A stretch of DNA of 64,000 nt from Gemmatales bacterium. Lineage in GTDB: Bacteria > Planctomycetota > Planctomycetia > Gemmatales > HRBIN36. The stretch is taken from contig JBEPZY010000007.1 in the NCBI GenBank assembly GCA_041640595.1, positions 85,611 through 149,610 on the forward strand, read 5' to 3'. A model generated the notes under the pieces. That model made no database searches, had not been told where the DNA came from, and saw only the letters and a list, made by a program, of their open reading frames with translations. This document shows, in pieces, positions 40,462-51,795 of this stretch. Each line of letters begins with the position of its first letter. Within the stretch, counting starts at the first letter, position 1. The position numbers were made by a program, and so were the translations under genes.

Positions 40462-41388
40462 CTAGGCGGTCATGCCACGGGTAAGACGCATGAACGCGGT
40501 TTCCAGATTCACCTCTTCTTCCTTGAGCAAAACGAGTTTGAAACCTGAGTGGATGAGCAAATCGGGGATGAAGGTGAAATCCGTACAGCCGGAGACAAGC
40601 TGAACGCGAATGTCGTCGTCGCGCACCTCCACAGCCTGAACGTGTGGGTGGGTTTCGAGGCACTGGGCGGCTTTTTCCGTACGGTCAGCGACGCGAATCT
40701 GGAGAACCAGGTTCGGCTGCACCTTTGCCAGCAACTCCCGGAGGTCGCCATCGTAAAGCAATACGCCACGTTCAATGATGCCGACTTTGTTGCAAACGTC
40801 GGCCAGTTCCGGAAGGATGTGGCTGGAGATCATGATGGTTTTGCCCAGTTGACGCAAACGTTTCAATAACTGGCGCATGTCAATGCGGGCGCGCGGATCG
40901 AGGCCACTGGCCGGTTCATCCAGCAGCAACACCTGCGGGTCATGAAGCAGGACACGTGCCAGCCCCAGGCGTTGCGTCATGCCACGCGACAAACTGGTTG
41001 CCGGAGCGTCGCGCTTGAATGTGAGATTGACCAGTTCCAGCACTTCTTCGCACTTTTTCCGCCGAGCCGGGCCGTTGATACGGTACGCAGCTGCGAAAAA
41101 CTCCAGGTACTCAATCACCTTCATGTCGTCGTACACGCCGAAGAAGTCCGGCATGTAACCGATGAGCCGGCGGATTTCCCGCGGTTTGTTGTAAATGGAA
41201 TAGCCGCAGATGGTGGCCTCGCCCCAACTCGGCGCCAGCAGGGTGGCCAGAATACGCATGGCCGTCGTCTTTCCCGCGCCGTTCGGGCCGATGAAGCCGT
41301 ACACATCTCCCGGCTCTAACTTGATCGTGAGCCGATTCAAGGCATACAGGTCGCCGTATTTCTTCGTCAAATCGCGTGTCTCGATCAT
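40462..41388 (-). CDS. ABC transporter ATP-binding protein (ABC-2 type)
   Basis: GPNGAGKTT, LSRGM, LLDEPASGLD and ISSHIL motifs. Confidence 0.93.
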   Translation of the reverse strand: MIETRDLTKKYGDLYALNRLTIKLEPGDVYGFIGPNGAGKTTAMRILATLLAPSWGEATICGYSIYNKPREIRRLIGYMPDFFGVYDDMKVIEYLEFFAAAYRINGPARRKKCEEVLELVNLTFKRDAPATSLSRGMTQRLGLARVLLHDPQVLLLDEPASGLDPRARIDMRQLLKRLRQLGKTIMISSHILPELADVCNKVGIIERGVLLYDGDLRELLAKVQPNLVLQIRVADRTEKAAQCLETHPHVQAVEVRDDDIRVQLVSGCTDFTFIPDLLIHSGFKLVLLKEEEVNLETAFMRLTRGMTA

Positions 41389-41549
41389 GCCTGACCGCAC
41401 CTGCAGCGAATCATTTGTGTAAAAATCCCAAAAAGCCCGCAAACAAAAGACTTAGGTTGTTCATTGGGCATTGTATCGCTCTCGTTGTCGAGTGTTGCGG
41501 AAGTTATAGGTGAGCATGGCATTGCGGTTACACGTCTTTGCAGGTGGAA

Positions 41550-42554
41550 TCAACCACCGCGTAACCAGCGGGCGGCGTCCAGTGCGTGGTAAGTGAGGAT
41601 GAGATCGGCACCCGCACGTTTGATAGCGGTGAGAATTTCGAGAACGACGCGACGTTCATCCAGCCAACCACGTGCTGCCGCTGCTTTCACCATGGCATAT
41701 TCGCCGCTGACGTTGTAAGCAGCCAGGGGCACAGCGAACCGCTCTTTCGCCCGGCGAATGATGTCCAGATATGCCAGGGCCGGCTTGACCATCACCAGGT
41801 CGGCTCCTTCGGCAAGATCGAGAGCAATCTCCCGCAACGCTTCGTCGCTGTTGGCGGGGTCCATCTGGTACGTACTGCGGTCGCCGAATTGGGGCGGGGA
41901 TTCTGCAGCTTCACGAAACGGGCCGTAAAAGGCACTGGCGTATTTGGCCGCGTAGCTGAGGATCGGAATGTGGCTGAAGCCTGCGGCATCGAGGGCCTGT
42001 CGGATTGCCGCTACCATGCCATCCATCATTCCCGATGGGGCGACGATGTCGGCACCCGCCTGGGCGTGCACCACACACTGCCGACCCAGCATTTCCAGAG
42101 TGCGATCGTTATCCACATCCAGCCGTCCGGTCTGTTCCGACAGCACGCCGCAATGACCGTGGCTGGTGTATTCGCAAAAACATTCGTCGGTAATCACGAG
42201 CAGATCCGGCAAGGCTCGCTTCAGAGTGCGAATAGCCTGCGGGATTATGCCTTCAGTGTCGAGGGCTTCCGAGCCAACCTCATCCTTGCGTGCCGGTATG
42301 CCAAACAGGATTACCGCACGAATGCCAAGCTCCCAGGCCTGCCCGGCTACCTCGACCAGCGTGTCGGGACTGAGTTGGTACTGACCAGGCATGGAGGCGA
42401 TCTCACGGCGAACGCCCTGGCCATGCCGAACAAAAAGTGGCAGGATCATATCGCCTGGGGTCAATTCGGTTTCGCGTACCAGTTCACGCAAGGCGGCCAA
42501 TCGCCGCAACCGACGCAATCGCCATTGCGGAAAGTGCGGCGTTATCTCCCACAC
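41550..42554 (-). CDS. hemB: Porphobilinogen synthase (Zn-binding type)
   Basis: [42 protein letters not shown] and AYNVSGEY motifs. Confidence 0.97.
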   Translation of the reverse strand: MWEITPHFPQWRLRRLRRLAALRELVRETELTPGDMILPLFVRHGQGVRREIASMPGQYQLSPDTLVEVAGQAWELGIRAVILFGIPARKDEVGSEALDTEGIIPQAIRTLKRALPDLLVITDECFCEYTSHGHCGVLSEQTGRLDVDNDRTLEMLGRQCVVHAQAGADIVAPSGMMDGMVAAIRQALDAAGFSHIPILSYAAKYASAFYGPFREAAESPPQFGDRSTYQMDPANSDEALREIALDLAEGADLVMVKPALAYLDIIRRAKERFAVPLAAYNVSGEYAMVKAAAARGWLDERRVVLEILTAIKRAGADLILTYHALDAARWLRGG

Positions 42555-44362
42555 AGCACATCTCCCTCGGCCGGCTGACAATCTTCCAGATACAGGATTT
42601 CCGCGAGTTCTTCGATTTCCGCCAGCTCACCTTCGTTTACAAGGCCGCGGTCTCGTGGAAGGCAGACAATCAGCCGTTTCGCACCGCCAGCGCTACCCGG
42701 CTGAACAGAATAGTAGCGGTCCAGGTAGCTCGGCTGCTCGAGGCAAGTGGCCCAGATACGCTGCAACGCATGACCCAGCCCGGTGGTCGCGCCGTTGATC
42801 GGCTCCAGGACCACCGTCAGTGTCAGGAACGGATTATGCTGGAGCAAACGTTTGATGCAGTGGCAAGCGTCTGGGGTATCGCGAGCCGGGTCTTGCGAGC
42901 GCAGCCAGAGCGTGAATACTTGCGTCACCTGCGGTGGCCAGGCCAGGTGATTCGGCAGCGGTAAATAAAACGCTGCCCAGTCTGCCGGTTGGTGCGGCGA
43001 AACGACCAGGGTGCCTAGTTGTTCTGGCCGCGAGGCTAGTAGCGCTGGCGGAAGTTTCGCATCGGGCAGGTCGTCCCACTGCAGCTCGAAAATAGCTGTG
43101 GCGTCCTCCCAGAGGCGAAACATCTCGGTCAATTCCAGTTGCGCCGTGCGGGTCACGTAGTATGGTGGTCGGGATTGAAACTTCAGTCCGAGGAGTTCTG
43201 CCTCGCGGCGGAAGTCGGTTCCAGGGAGCACCATCAAATGAAAAACCTGGACATCGTCATACATGCCGCTGCGTTTGAGGTATTCCATGCTTCGCCGCAC
43301 CGAGTCAGGAGTGTCGCCGGGCAAACCGATAATCAAGTCCACAATGACACGAATTCCCGCCCGGCGAAGGGCAGCCACGCCACGTTCAAAAGCCCGCAGG
43401 TTGTTATTGCGGTCCATCAAGCGCATGGTCCGAGGCTCGACCGACTGCAAGCCGACCTCCACCTCGGTGAAATTGGCCTGGCGGAGCAGTTGTGCGAGTT
43501 CGTCGGTAATCCCCTCTGCCCGCAACTCACCAAAGCACTTCCATTGACTGTCTGGGTTGGCTTCTGCCAGCAGGCGGAGCAAATCTGCTAAATCCCGCCG
43601 CTGGTTCAGCGTGGGGTCAAGCAACACGACTTCCTGAACCCCCTTCTGCCTGGCAACACGCAGGATGGCTCGCAGCGATTCCAGCGATAGAAAGTAAAGC
43701 CGGTCGTAGCTCTTCGGGTAATAACAGAACTTGCACTTGAATACGCAACCGCGCAGCGTCTCCAAGAGCAACATTCTGTCTTCGGCCGGATCGAGAATGC
43801 CCTCCACATACGGCGAGGCAACCAGGTCGAGCGATGGTAGGGGAGATCGGGGCAAGAAACCGCTCTGGGTACCGCAGCTGTGCCTGTTGACTACCAATCC
43901 GGGAATCGGTCGGTGCACTTCACGCTGGTGGGCGAGGTGGGCCAGCAATTCGACGAAGGTACCTTCACCTTCGCCGATGACCGCGTAGTCCACGGCCGGG
44001 TGTTGCAAAACCCACGCATTGTCCAGGGTAATTTCCGGTCCACCGACGAGAACGCGAAGGTCCGGTTCCAGCAGCTTCAATCGCTCGGCCAACCACAGGG
44101 AGCGCTCTACATTCCAGAGATAACAGGTGAAACCGACCAGCCAGGGTTGTCGCGACAGAATGGCCTCGACGAGAGCGACATCACCCAGGCGGTTGGTAAG
44201 CGAGGCCGGCAGGATTTCGATGTCGTACCACTGGTCCAACCCGCAACGTCGCGCATACAAACTCAGATACCCGGCCGCCAGCGGAACGTTACCGCGAATC
44301 GCTTGCGATCCCAGCGGCGGAATCGGTAATTGCAGCAGCAGTACCTTGCGCCGACCAGCCAT
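42542..44362 (-). CDS. B12-binding domain radical SAM protein
   Basis: [37 protein letters not shown] and IIGLPGD motifs. Confidence 0.9.
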   Translation of the reverse strand: MAGRRKVLLLQLPIPPLGSQAIRGNVPLAAGYLSLYARRCGLDQWYDIEILPASLTNRLGDVALVEAILSRQPWLVGFTCYLWNVERSLWLAERLKLLEPDLRVLVGGPEITLDNAWVLQHPAVDYAVIGEGEGTFVELLAHLAHQREVHRPIPGLVVNRHSCGTQSGFLPRSPLPSLDLVASPYVEGILDPAEDRMLLLETLRGCVFKCKFCYYPKSYDRLYFLSLESLRAILRVARQKGVQEVVLLDPTLNQRRDLADLLRLLAEANPDSQWKCFGELRAEGITDELAQLLRQANFTEVEVGLQSVEPRTMRLMDRNNNLRAFERGVAALRRAGIRVIVDLIIGLPGDTPDSVRRSMEYLKRSGMYDDVQVFHLMVLPGTDFRREAELLGLKFQSRPPYYVTRTAQLELTEMFRLWEDATAIFELQWDDLPDAKLPPALLASRPEQLGTLVVSPHQPADWAAFYLPLPNHLAWPPQVTQVFTLWLRSQDPARDTPDACHCIKRLLQHNPFLTLTVVLEPINGATTGLGHALQRIWATCLEQPSYLDRYYSVQPGSAGGAKRLIVCLPRDRGLVNEGELAEIEELAEILYLEDCQPAEGDVLCGR

Positions 44363-44815
44363 GTTTCTGGCATTATAGATGAACATCGCCCCGACATGCC
44401 TGGCTGCGCGACAAGTGCACCCACGCAGCGTCAGCATCACGGGTGGAAGCAACATGGTTGGATTTTGCTGCCGACATGCCGCTGCGTTGTTAGCAGCTTG
44501 CGGTTTCGTGGAGTGCGGAGCCTGGCCGGACAAGTTCGCCGGGTCAACCTCCGTTCCTGAGCAGGTCGCGGTTTCGCTGAACGTGAGTGGAGAGCGCGTG
44601 CAAACTCGCGGAACCTCTTGGCCCTGGCGAGGGCGCCGTTTCGCTGAATGCAAAGCCCGGCCGTGGACCCTTCGGGATTCCGTTCAGGCATTGGCTACGA
44701 AAGCGCCAAGCACGCAGTACGGTGTTGGAATCGTCGTGGCAGGATTCCCTACAGACATTCGCTACGAAGGCGAGCGGGGTCGCCGATAGTCATCCGTTCG
44801 GGTATAATTCAGGTG

Positions 44816-45406
44816 ATGTTGAACAGTGCAAACGATGCGAAAAATGCGAAAACTGTGAACGTCGAGAAGGGAGACTTGCCGCAACTCCTGGTACAGGTGG
44901 AACATCAGTTCGTGGAGTTGTGGGGCGATATGAGTTCGTGGTGGGGTGTCAGCCGGACTATGGCGGAAATCCACGGTTTGCTTTATATCACCGGCGAAGC
45001 GTTGAGCGCTGAGGAAATTCAGAAGCGGTTAGGCATCTCGAGGGGCAATGTCAGCATGAATATCCGGACTCTGGTGGAATGGGGACTGGTTCGCCGCGTT
45101 CGTAAGCGAGGCGATCGCCGGGAATATTTCCAGTCGGTAGCTGATGTGTGGGAAATGTTCACGGTGCTGGCCGCCCAGCGGAAACGCCGCGAAATTGATC
45201 CAGTGCTGCGCACGTTGCAGCAGTGCCGCGAACAGCTCAGTCCCGCCATGCTCGGGCAAGCCGCCAACGATCCGAAGGCCCGGCAGCGCCTGGAACGCAT
45301 CGAGAATCTGCTGGCGTTTTTGAAATTGCTGGAGCAGCTGGCCGAACGGTTTATCACCAGCCAGCGCGGTTTGCAAGCAGCTGTACAGCGGCTGACGGAG
45401 CAGTGA
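44816..45406 (+). CDS. GbsR/MarR-family transcriptional regulator
   Basis: WGVSRTMAEIHGLLY, LGISRGNVSMNIRTLVEWGLV, DRREYF and REIDP motifs. Confidence 0.9.
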   Translation: MLNSANDAKNAKTVNVEKGDLPQLLVQVEHQFVELWGDMSSWWGVSRTMAEIHGLLYITGEALSAEEIQKRLGISRGNVSMNIRTLVEWGLVRRVRKRGDRREYFQSVADVWEMFTVLAAQRKRREIDPVLRTLQQCREQLSPAMLGQAANDPKARQRLERIENLLAFLKLLEQLAERFITSQRGLQAAVQRLTEQ

Positions 45407-45683
45407 GAAAATCGGTAGCGATCAGAGCCGCAAGAACGCTTTGTTCAGTCCAGCTGCGAGCAAAAAGGCCAGCGCTATCGAAAAATAGGCCGGAAAAATC
45501 GCAAATTTTTCCCTTTCCCTGTTGAAAGTCCCACAAATTTCGTTATTGTGTCTGGCAATCACACTGCCTCGGTGAGGCCGTGCGTGAGACGCGGTCGGGG
45601 TGAAGGGCTAGCGCTGGGAAATAGCACTTTCCCCCTGGAGGCAGAGAGGTCGTGTCTTCCCAGACCAACAGGAGGTGCATCTC

Positions 45684-46001
45684 ATGGCCAAAGCAGCCGC
45701 TGCCGGTCGCATGACCAAATCGCAGATCGCCGCCCACTTAGCCGAACGTGTCGGCATCACCAAAAAGCAGGCGGCCCAATGCCTGGAGGAATTGGTGCAA
45801 CTGATTTACAAGCAGGCCAAGAATGGCTTCGTCCTGCCGGGGCTGGGCAAAATCGAACTGCGCGAACGACCCGCTCGCAAAATGGTTATGCGGTTCGGCC
45901 CCAAAGCTGGTCAGGAAATCACGATTCCCAAGAAAAAGGTGCTCAAGTTCCGGTTCCTCAAGGCTGCCAAAGACGCCATTCTGGGTCCGGCCAAGAAGTA
46001 G
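45684..46001 (+). CDS. HU-family DNA-binding protein
   Basis: MTKSQI, LPGLGK, RPAR and ITIPKKKVLKFR motifs; AGGAGG RBS. Confidence 0.93.
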   Translation: MAKAAAAGRMTKSQIAAHLAERVGITKKQAAQCLEELVQLIYKQAKNGFVLPGLGKIELRERPARKMVMRFGPKAGQEITIPKKKVLKFRFLKAAKDAILGPAKK

Positions 46002-46052
46002 AATGGTGCTCCGTTCTAGAGTTTCATAGCAAACAGCAACGCTAGCCGTGTA

Positions 46053-46090
46053 GCCGGGCCGGGAGCATATTCCGGCTCGGCCTATGATTT
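46053..46090 (+). terminator. Possible terminator hairpin after the HU gene
   Basis: gccgggccggga/ttccggctcggc stem with G-U pairs; weak U tail. Confidence 0.45.
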
Positions 46091-46167
46091 TGTGCAAGAA
46101 GCGAAAAACGCACCGGCGAAACCGCTGCCGCCGCTAAACTGTCCGGCAGAACAATGCGAGGCGTCCG

Positions 46168-46746
46168 ATGCTCGAAAACATTCGCGGTCCTGCTTATGTG
46201 CTGGGCGACAACATTGACACCGACCAGATCATTCCCGCCCAGTACCTGATGTACAATCCCGCGATTCCGGAAGAGTACCGCATGTTTGGCAAATATGCGC
46301 TTTCTGGCGTCCCGGCAGCGCAGGCGGGTTTGCCACACGGCCATGTTCCTTTCCACACGCCGGAGGATGAGTTTGTCTCGCCCTATCGGGTGATCGTCGC
46401 GGGTCGCAATTTCGGTTGCGGCTCTTCGCGGGAACATGCGCCGATCGCTCTGAACGCGGCCGGTGTGCGTGCTGTGGTTGCGGAATTCTTCGCGCGTATC
46501 TTCTACCGCAATGCGGTCAATGGCGGATATCTGATTCCGTTTGAATCCGCCGAACGCTTGGTGGAAAAAATCCGCACCGGCGACGACGTGGAAGTGGATG
46601 TGTCGAACGCACGGCTGATCAACCACAGCACCGGCCAGGTTTACGCCTTGAAGCCGCTGGGCGATATTGCTCCGATTCTGGCCGCGGGTGGATTATTTGC
46701 CTACGCCCGTCAGGCCGGTTTGCTTCCTGCCACAACCTCGCCATGA
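46168..46746 (+). CDS. leuD: 3-isopropylmalate dehydratase small subunit
   Basis: [22 protein letters not shown] and [11 protein letters not shown] motifs. Confidence 0.88.
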   Translation: MLENIRGPAYVLGDNIDTDQIIPAQYLMYNPAIPEEYRMFGKYALSGVPAAQAGLPHGHVPFHTPEDEFVSPYRVIVAGRNFGCGSSREHAPIALNAAGVRAVVAEFFARIFYRNAVNGGYLIPFESAERLVEKIRTGDDVEVDVSNARLINHSTGQVYALKPLGDIAPILAAGGLFAYARQAGLLPATTSP

Positions 46747-47075
46747 GCAGTACCGTCCACCAGCCGCGCTGGATTCGCCGCATCTGGCGTAACTGGCGTG
46801 AGCGCCACCGCCAGCCGATCAACTTTCTCCTGCACCTGATCGGTATTCCCATGACTGTTGCGGCGTTGCCTTGCCTGGTGCTGGCGTGGTGGACAGGCTG
46901 GGCGATCTGGCTGGCGCTGGCACTTCTTGTCGGTGGCTACGTCTTGCAATTCATCGGCCACGCTCTCGAAGGTAACGATCCCGGCGAGGTGATTTTAGTC
47001 AAACGCTGGCTGGGTTTGCCTTACACGGCCATTGCACCATCTCAGCGATCCGGCAGCGCTTCGCCGCAGCAGTGA
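46743..47075 (+). CDS. DUF962/Mpo1-like membrane protein
   Basis: HRQPINFLLHLIGIP and QFIGHALEGNDP motifs. Confidence 0.85.
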   Translation: MSSTVHQPRWIRRIWRNWRERHRQPINFLLHLIGIPMTVAALPCLVLAWWTGWAIWLALALLVGGYVLQFIGHALEGNDPGEVILVKRWLGLPYTAIAPSQRSGSASPQQ

Positions 47076-47088
47076 CGGGACTGGCGTC

Positions 47089-48489
47089 TCAATCGAACAA
47101 CTCGTGCACGACCCGCCCGTGTGTCAGTAACTGTTGCCGACCCTGGCGATCAACGATCGGCATATCGAGGGGCACGCCCATGGCGTAGTACAATGTGGCG
47201 ATCAAATCCTGCGGGCTGATCGGCTTCTCGGTTGGATAAGCGGCAAACCTGTCGGATTGCCCGACCACTTTTCCGCCTGCGATGCCGCCGCCAGCCAGCA
47301 GAATGCTGTAGCAATAAGGCCAGTGATCGCGACCGGTGGCGTCGGTGCCAGCGTTGGCTGTAACTTGGCCCAATCGGGGTGTGCGCCCGAATTCTCCCAT
47401 GCTGATCACCAACGTCGTCGCCAGTAAACCGCGTTGATGCAAGTCCTCCAGCAATGCCGACAAACACTGGTCGAATTGCGGTAAGAGCTTTTCCTTCTGC
47501 TCAGCGAAATTGCGACGGTGCGTGTCCCAATAGGGATCGGGGGCATTGAGGGCGCCGCCCCAATACACGGTGACCATGCGTACGCCCGCTTCCACCAGAC
47601 GCCGTGCCAGCAATAACGCCTGTCCCCAGCGATGGCGACCGTAGCGCTCGCGCACGGCCTGGGGTTCTTCGTGCAGATGAAATGCTCGCCGGGCCTGCGA
47701 CGAACCGAGCAACTCGTAAGCCCGCCGGTAATAAATATCCATGCGGGCGACGTGCTCGGATTCCGTCAGCCGTGCCAGCTGCCGATCCACCTGCTGCAAT
47801 AAAGTGCGGCGCTGTTGCAAACGTGGCCAGTCGAGTTCGGCAGGCAAACTCAATTCCGGCACATCGAGTCGATCCTGGTTCGGATTTTCATGGAACAGAA
47901 ACGGGTCGTAACGCGGCCCGAGCCAACCCGCATTCTGGCCAGGCAGGTGAACGTTGCCATCGCCCACCAGCGTTTCGGAAATCTGCACGAATGCCGGTAA
48001 GGCACTGCGTGTCGGCCGGAATTTTGCCAGTACCGCACCCGGATTGGGATAATCTTCCGCGCTGGCTTTGAAAGCGACGACATCCCGATCGGGGGCCACG
48101 CCGCTCAACGCATAATACCCAGCGGGATTGTGGTTGGTAACTCGGTGCGTCATGGAACGCACCAGGGTAAAGCGATGGGCCAGTCTGGCCAGCTGCGGCA
48201 GATGTTCGCAGATTTGCAGTCCCGGAACGCTTGTCGGTATCGGACGAAACTCACCGCGAATGTTCTCCGGCGCTGCCGGTTTCATGTCGAAAGTGTCCAG
48301 CTGGCTTTGCCCACCTTGCAAAAACAACAGAATGCAAGCTTTGGCCCGCGCCGGGATATTTTCGTTTTCTGCCTCAGCGCGTAAAAGGTCCGCCAGTGTC
48401 AACGCGCTGCCAATCGCGCCAACCCGCAGCCACTCCCGACGAGTCATTCCTTCGCACAGTTTCGCCGAGACCGTCGAGATTCCGATCAT
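47089..48489 (-). CDS. DUF1501 protein
   Basis: TRREWL leader, GGQSQLDTFDMKP, LARRLVEAGV, WDTH, GEFGRTP and GRDHW motifs. Confidence 0.93.
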   Translation of the reverse strand: MIGISTVSAKLCEGMTRREWLRVGAIGSALTLADLLRAEAENENIPARAKACILLFLQGGQSQLDTFDMKPAAPENIRGEFRPIPTSVPGLQICEHLPQLARLAHRFTLVRSMTHRVTNHNPAGYYALSGVAPDRDVVAFKASAEDYPNPGAVLAKFRPTRSALPAFVQISETLVGDGNVHLPGQNAGWLGPRYDPFLFHENPNQDRLDVPELSLPAELDWPRLQQRRTLLQQVDRQLARLTESEHVARMDIYYRRAYELLGSSQARRAFHLHEEPQAVRERYGRHRWGQALLLARRLVEAGVRMVTVYWGGALNAPDPYWDTHRRNFAEQKEKLLPQFDQCLSALLEDLHQRGLLATTLVISMGEFGRTPRLGQVTANAGTDATGRDHWPYCYSILLAGGGIAGGKVVGQSDRFAAYPTEKPISPQDLIATLYYAMGVPLDMPIVDRQGRQQLLTHGRVVHELFD

Positions 48490-48616
48490 GCCTGGCCCCC
48501 ATTACTGCTGCTATTTTACGAGCAAATGGATAGCCACGACAAACGGCGAACTCGTCGCTTTTTGGGAAACAGCCGCGCCGCAGTCTCCGCACCGACGGCG
48601 AATGAATGGGTGTTGT

Positions 48617-48997
48617 TCAGTCTGGGAATTCCTGGTCGGCTTGTTCGGGATGTCGTTGCCGCCAGTGCGTTTCGCAGTAACGGTAGCGGCGGCGGAATAG
48701 CGGAATCAAGCCAAGCCAGCGATACCAATCCAGCTCTTCGGCGACGGCAGCCCGACCGCAGAGATGGCAATTCCAAACTATACCGCTGGCATCGCGCAAC
48801 ACGCGATGTTTCCAGCGGCGGTGATGGGCTTCAATTTCTTCCGGGGTGATCCCCCGGCGAGCCAATTCCGCTTCGGCGATTTCCACCGCTTCCGGTTCCA
48901 GGTGGTCGCGAAGCACGGTAACACGGTCGAGTAATTCCAGCGTGTCGGCACGTGCCGCATTGGCCAGCAGCCGCTGCGGGTTCAGTTTCAACACCAT
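48617..48997 (-). CDS. Hypothetical protein with a CxxC...CxxH motif
   Basis: LLDRVTV...EAELARRG, CHLCGR and YCETHW. Confidence 0.7.
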   Translation of the reverse strand: MVLKLNPQRLLANAARADTLELLDRVTVLRDHLEPEAVEIAEAELARRGITPEEIEAHHRRWKHRVLRDASGIVWNCHLCGRAAVAEELDWYRWLGLIPLFRRRYRYCETHWRQRHPEQADQEFPD

Positions 48998-49133
48998 CGG
49001 CGTCGCCTGTTTGCATTTTCACCAAAGTCGCTAAGGTTTTTCACGACCATTGGCAGGGCCGTCCGTGTTTTTGTACTGTAAGCCAGAGCTAGTAACCAGG
49101 CAGAAACCAGCAAATATTCCGGAGTGAACGCAG

Positions 49134-49871
49134 ATGACCTCGAAAGTTGCACTGGTAACCGGCTCGGCAACGGGAATTGGTCGGGCATCGGCGATTCGCC
49201 TGGCCCAGCAGGGTTTTGCCGTGGCTGTCAATTACTCCCGCTCCGCTCAGGAAGCCGAAGAAACACTGCACGAGGTACAAAAGCACGGCGTACCTGGCCT
49301 GTTGATTCGTGCCAACGTCGCCCGCGACGACGAAGTTCGGCAGATGGTCGAACGTATCGTCCAGGAATGGGGTCGCGTGGACGTGCTCGTGAACAACGCC
49401 GGCACCACACGCTTTATTGACCATCGCCAGCTCGACGCCTTGACCGAGGAAGTGTGGGACGAAATTCTTGGCGTCAATCTCAAGGGAGCGTTTTATTGTT
49501 GCCGGGCCGTCATCCCGCACATGCTGGCCAAAGACGGAGGCGCCATTGTCAACGTCAGTTCGGTGGCCGGTATTGTCGGAATTGGCAGTTCCATTCCCTA
49601 CGCAGCCAGTAAGGGAGCGCTGAACACCATGACCAAATCACTGGCGCGTGCCTTCGCTCCGAAAATTCGCGTGAATGCTGTCGCTCCCGGGCCGGTGCTG
49701 ACTCGCTGGCTGGCGGATCACATGGATCATGTCGAGCGTCAGCTCGCATTCACGCCCATGCAACGCGCCGCTACTCCCGACGATGTGGCCGAGGTCATCT
49801 GTTTTCTGGCGACCGGCACCAGTTACCTCACCGGACAAGTGATCGTCGTGGACGGTGGGCGAACCATGTAA
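49134..49871 (+). CDS. SDR-family oxidoreductase
   Basis: TGSATGIG, NNAG, YAASK and VDGG motifs. Confidence 0.95.
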   Translation: MTSKVALVTGSATGIGRASAIRLAQQGFAVAVNYSRSAQEAEETLHEVQKHGVPGLLIRANVARDDEVRQMVERIVQEWGRVDVLVNNAGTTRFIDHRQLDALTEEVWDEILGVNLKGAFYCCRAVIPHMLAKDGGAIVNVSSVAGIVGIGSSIPYAASKGALNTMTKSLARAFAPKIRVNAVAPGPVLTRWLADHMDHVERQLAFTPMQRAATPDDVAEVICFLATGTSYLTGQVIVVDGGRTM

Positions 49872-50080
49872 CCTTGTTCGAGGAACGCAGTGGGCGGCAA
49901 TTGTTTGAACCGTGTAAACTTGTCCGCGGAAACGGTGCGCAACGAATGGCACATGGCCGGGCCATGAAAGTTTTTCGCGGAAACACGACCTAGCTCTGGC
50001 AACTGTGCGATTCAAAAGCGAAACCAGTAAGCCGCCGTTCTATTCGCGGAGCGCCACCCGGCCTTATCCGTTTCGGCGAT

Positions 50081-51418
50081 TTATTGCCACAACTCTTCGA
50101 GGAATCGAGCGCCGGGAAGCAGGACGTTCAGTTCGTTGCGTTTCTGCGAGCTGATGCCCAGCGTCTCCAGAATGGTCAGGCCGATCATGGCCGGCGTAAT
50201 CGGCTCGGTAATCGGTTCTTCGCCGCGTTTGTCACTTTCGCCGATCACCCGACCACCGGGGATACCGGCACCGGCCCAGATGGAGAAATAAACGTTAGGC
50301 CAGTGATCGCGGCTGGCCTGGGCGTTGATTTTGGGTGTGCGGCCAAACTCACCCATGCAAATGACCAGCGTTTCCTGGAGTAAACCTCGGGCCTGCATAT
50401 CCGCCAGCAGGGTTGGAAACGCCCGGTCGAAAATCGGACATAAACGGTCGGCTAATAGCTCAAAATTGTAAATGTGCGTATCCCAGCCGAAATCGCAGTT
50501 CGGCGTCATGGCTTCGACATACTGGCTCCAGTTGACCTGGACATAGGGCACACCCGCTTCGATGAGCCGTCGGGCCAGCAGACAGCTCTGACCAAACGCC
50601 GTGTAGCCGTAAGCTTCTCGCAGCTGGGCGGGTTCTTGCGAAAGATCGAGAGCTTTGCGCGCCGCTGGCGAGGTGAGCAACTCGTAGGCCCGTCGGTACA
50701 CCGCATCCCATTGCTCCAGTGGCCCGCTTTCCACCCGGCGACGAAGTTGGTCGAGTTCGCGCAGCAAACGTTGCCGATTCTCCAGATGTTGCGGCGTCAA
50801 ACCTTCCAGCAAACGCAGGTGTGGAATATCCACCTCGCCCGTCTCGAAACAGTTCACCAGGAACGGATCGTACACATGCCCCCAGTTGCCGCCACCGTAA
50901 CCTTTCATGATGCCGACAACATCGCGGGGGTTGCCACGACCAATGGCAATGAACGGTGGCAGCTGTCGCGGCCCACGTGCCCGCGCCACGATGGAGCCGA
51001 AGTTCGGCTGCACTCCGGTCGCACCTTCCAAACTCCCGGTCAGCGCACAGGTACCCGCTTCCAGGTGGCCACTGTGGAAGTTCTTATTGGAGCGCACCAG
51101 AGTAAAAAGATGACTATGGTTGGCCAGACGCGGCAGCAATTCGGTGAAGCGAACTCCCGGCGTGCGTGTGGGAATGGTGGCGAACGGCCCGCGATATTCT
51201 GCCGGCGCGTCCGGTTTGGGATCGCAGGTATCCAGATGGCTCGGCGCGCCCCACAGCCAGACCAGCAGCACCGAGCGCGCTTTGGCCGTCTCGCTTGCCT
51301 GCACATCGAGGGCGCCACCTAACGCCAGCGCCAGAGGACTGGCCAGGCCCGCTTGCAAAAACGCTCGCCGGCTCATGCCACCGCAGTCTCGCGCTAAAAA
51401 GCTGCCCACCTGCAACAT
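50081..51418 (-). CDS. DUF1501 protein
   Basis: SRRAFL leader, GAPSHLDTCDPKP, WDTH, GEFGRTP and RDHW motifs. Confidence 0.93.
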   Translation of the reverse strand: MLQVGSFLARDCGGMSRRAFLQAGLASPLALALGGALDVQASETAKARSVLLVWLWGAPSHLDTCDPKPDAPAEYRGPFATIPTRTPGVRFTELLPRLANHSHLFTLVRSNKNFHSGHLEAGTCALTGSLEGATGVQPNFGSIVARARGPRQLPPFIAIGRGNPRDVVGIMKGYGGGNWGHVYDPFLVNCFETGEVDIPHLRLLEGLTPQHLENRQRLLRELDQLRRRVESGPLEQWDAVYRRAYELLTSPAARKALDLSQEPAQLREAYGYTAFGQSCLLARRLIEAGVPYVQVNWSQYVEAMTPNCDFGWDTHIYNFELLADRLCPIFDRAFPTLLADMQARGLLQETLVICMGEFGRTPKINAQASRDHWPNVYFSIWAGAGIPGGRVIGESDKRGEEPITEPITPAMIGLTILETLGISSQKRNELNVLLPGARFLEELWQ

Positions 51419-51566
51419 GACATTTCCCTCGCTTTTTGCAGCCGTCTCTGCTCGGCGCCCATGACCACCTTTTATTGTCGGCAATTGCATCGTCAACGGC
51501 AAGAGAAACTTAGCCGGTCGGCTCGGGCCTTTAACCGGTGTCCAGCAAAATTTTTTGCATCACCCC

Positions 51567-51596
51567 TTGACGTACTCGTACCCGCTTTTGTAAAAA
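51567..51596 (+). promoter_or_regulatory. Candidate sigma70 promoter of DUF1559 copy 1
   Basis: TTGACG-18-TAAAAA; weak -10 box. Confidence 0.4.
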
Positions 51597-51716
51597 GACT
51601 ATTAGAAATCGGTTAATCAGCGGCCAATCGCTACATACCTGCGCAATCGGAGCAGGTGCCATGACATTTTCGAGCGTCAAAACGTTGATGTGCGGGGTTC
51701 GCCAGGATAAACCCAT

Positions 51717-51795
51717 TGTGCGCGAAAAACGGGTCTGGTGTGGGGCCAGACTCGATTACATTTCCAGGTATTTTTCACACGTGGAGGGCCTCTCT
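51717..51795 (+). repeat. Conserved 5' leader with hairpin (copy 1)
   Basis: cgggtctgg-tgtgggg-ccagactcg at 51730-51754, then gattacatttccaggta...gtggagggcc. Confidence 0.85.
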
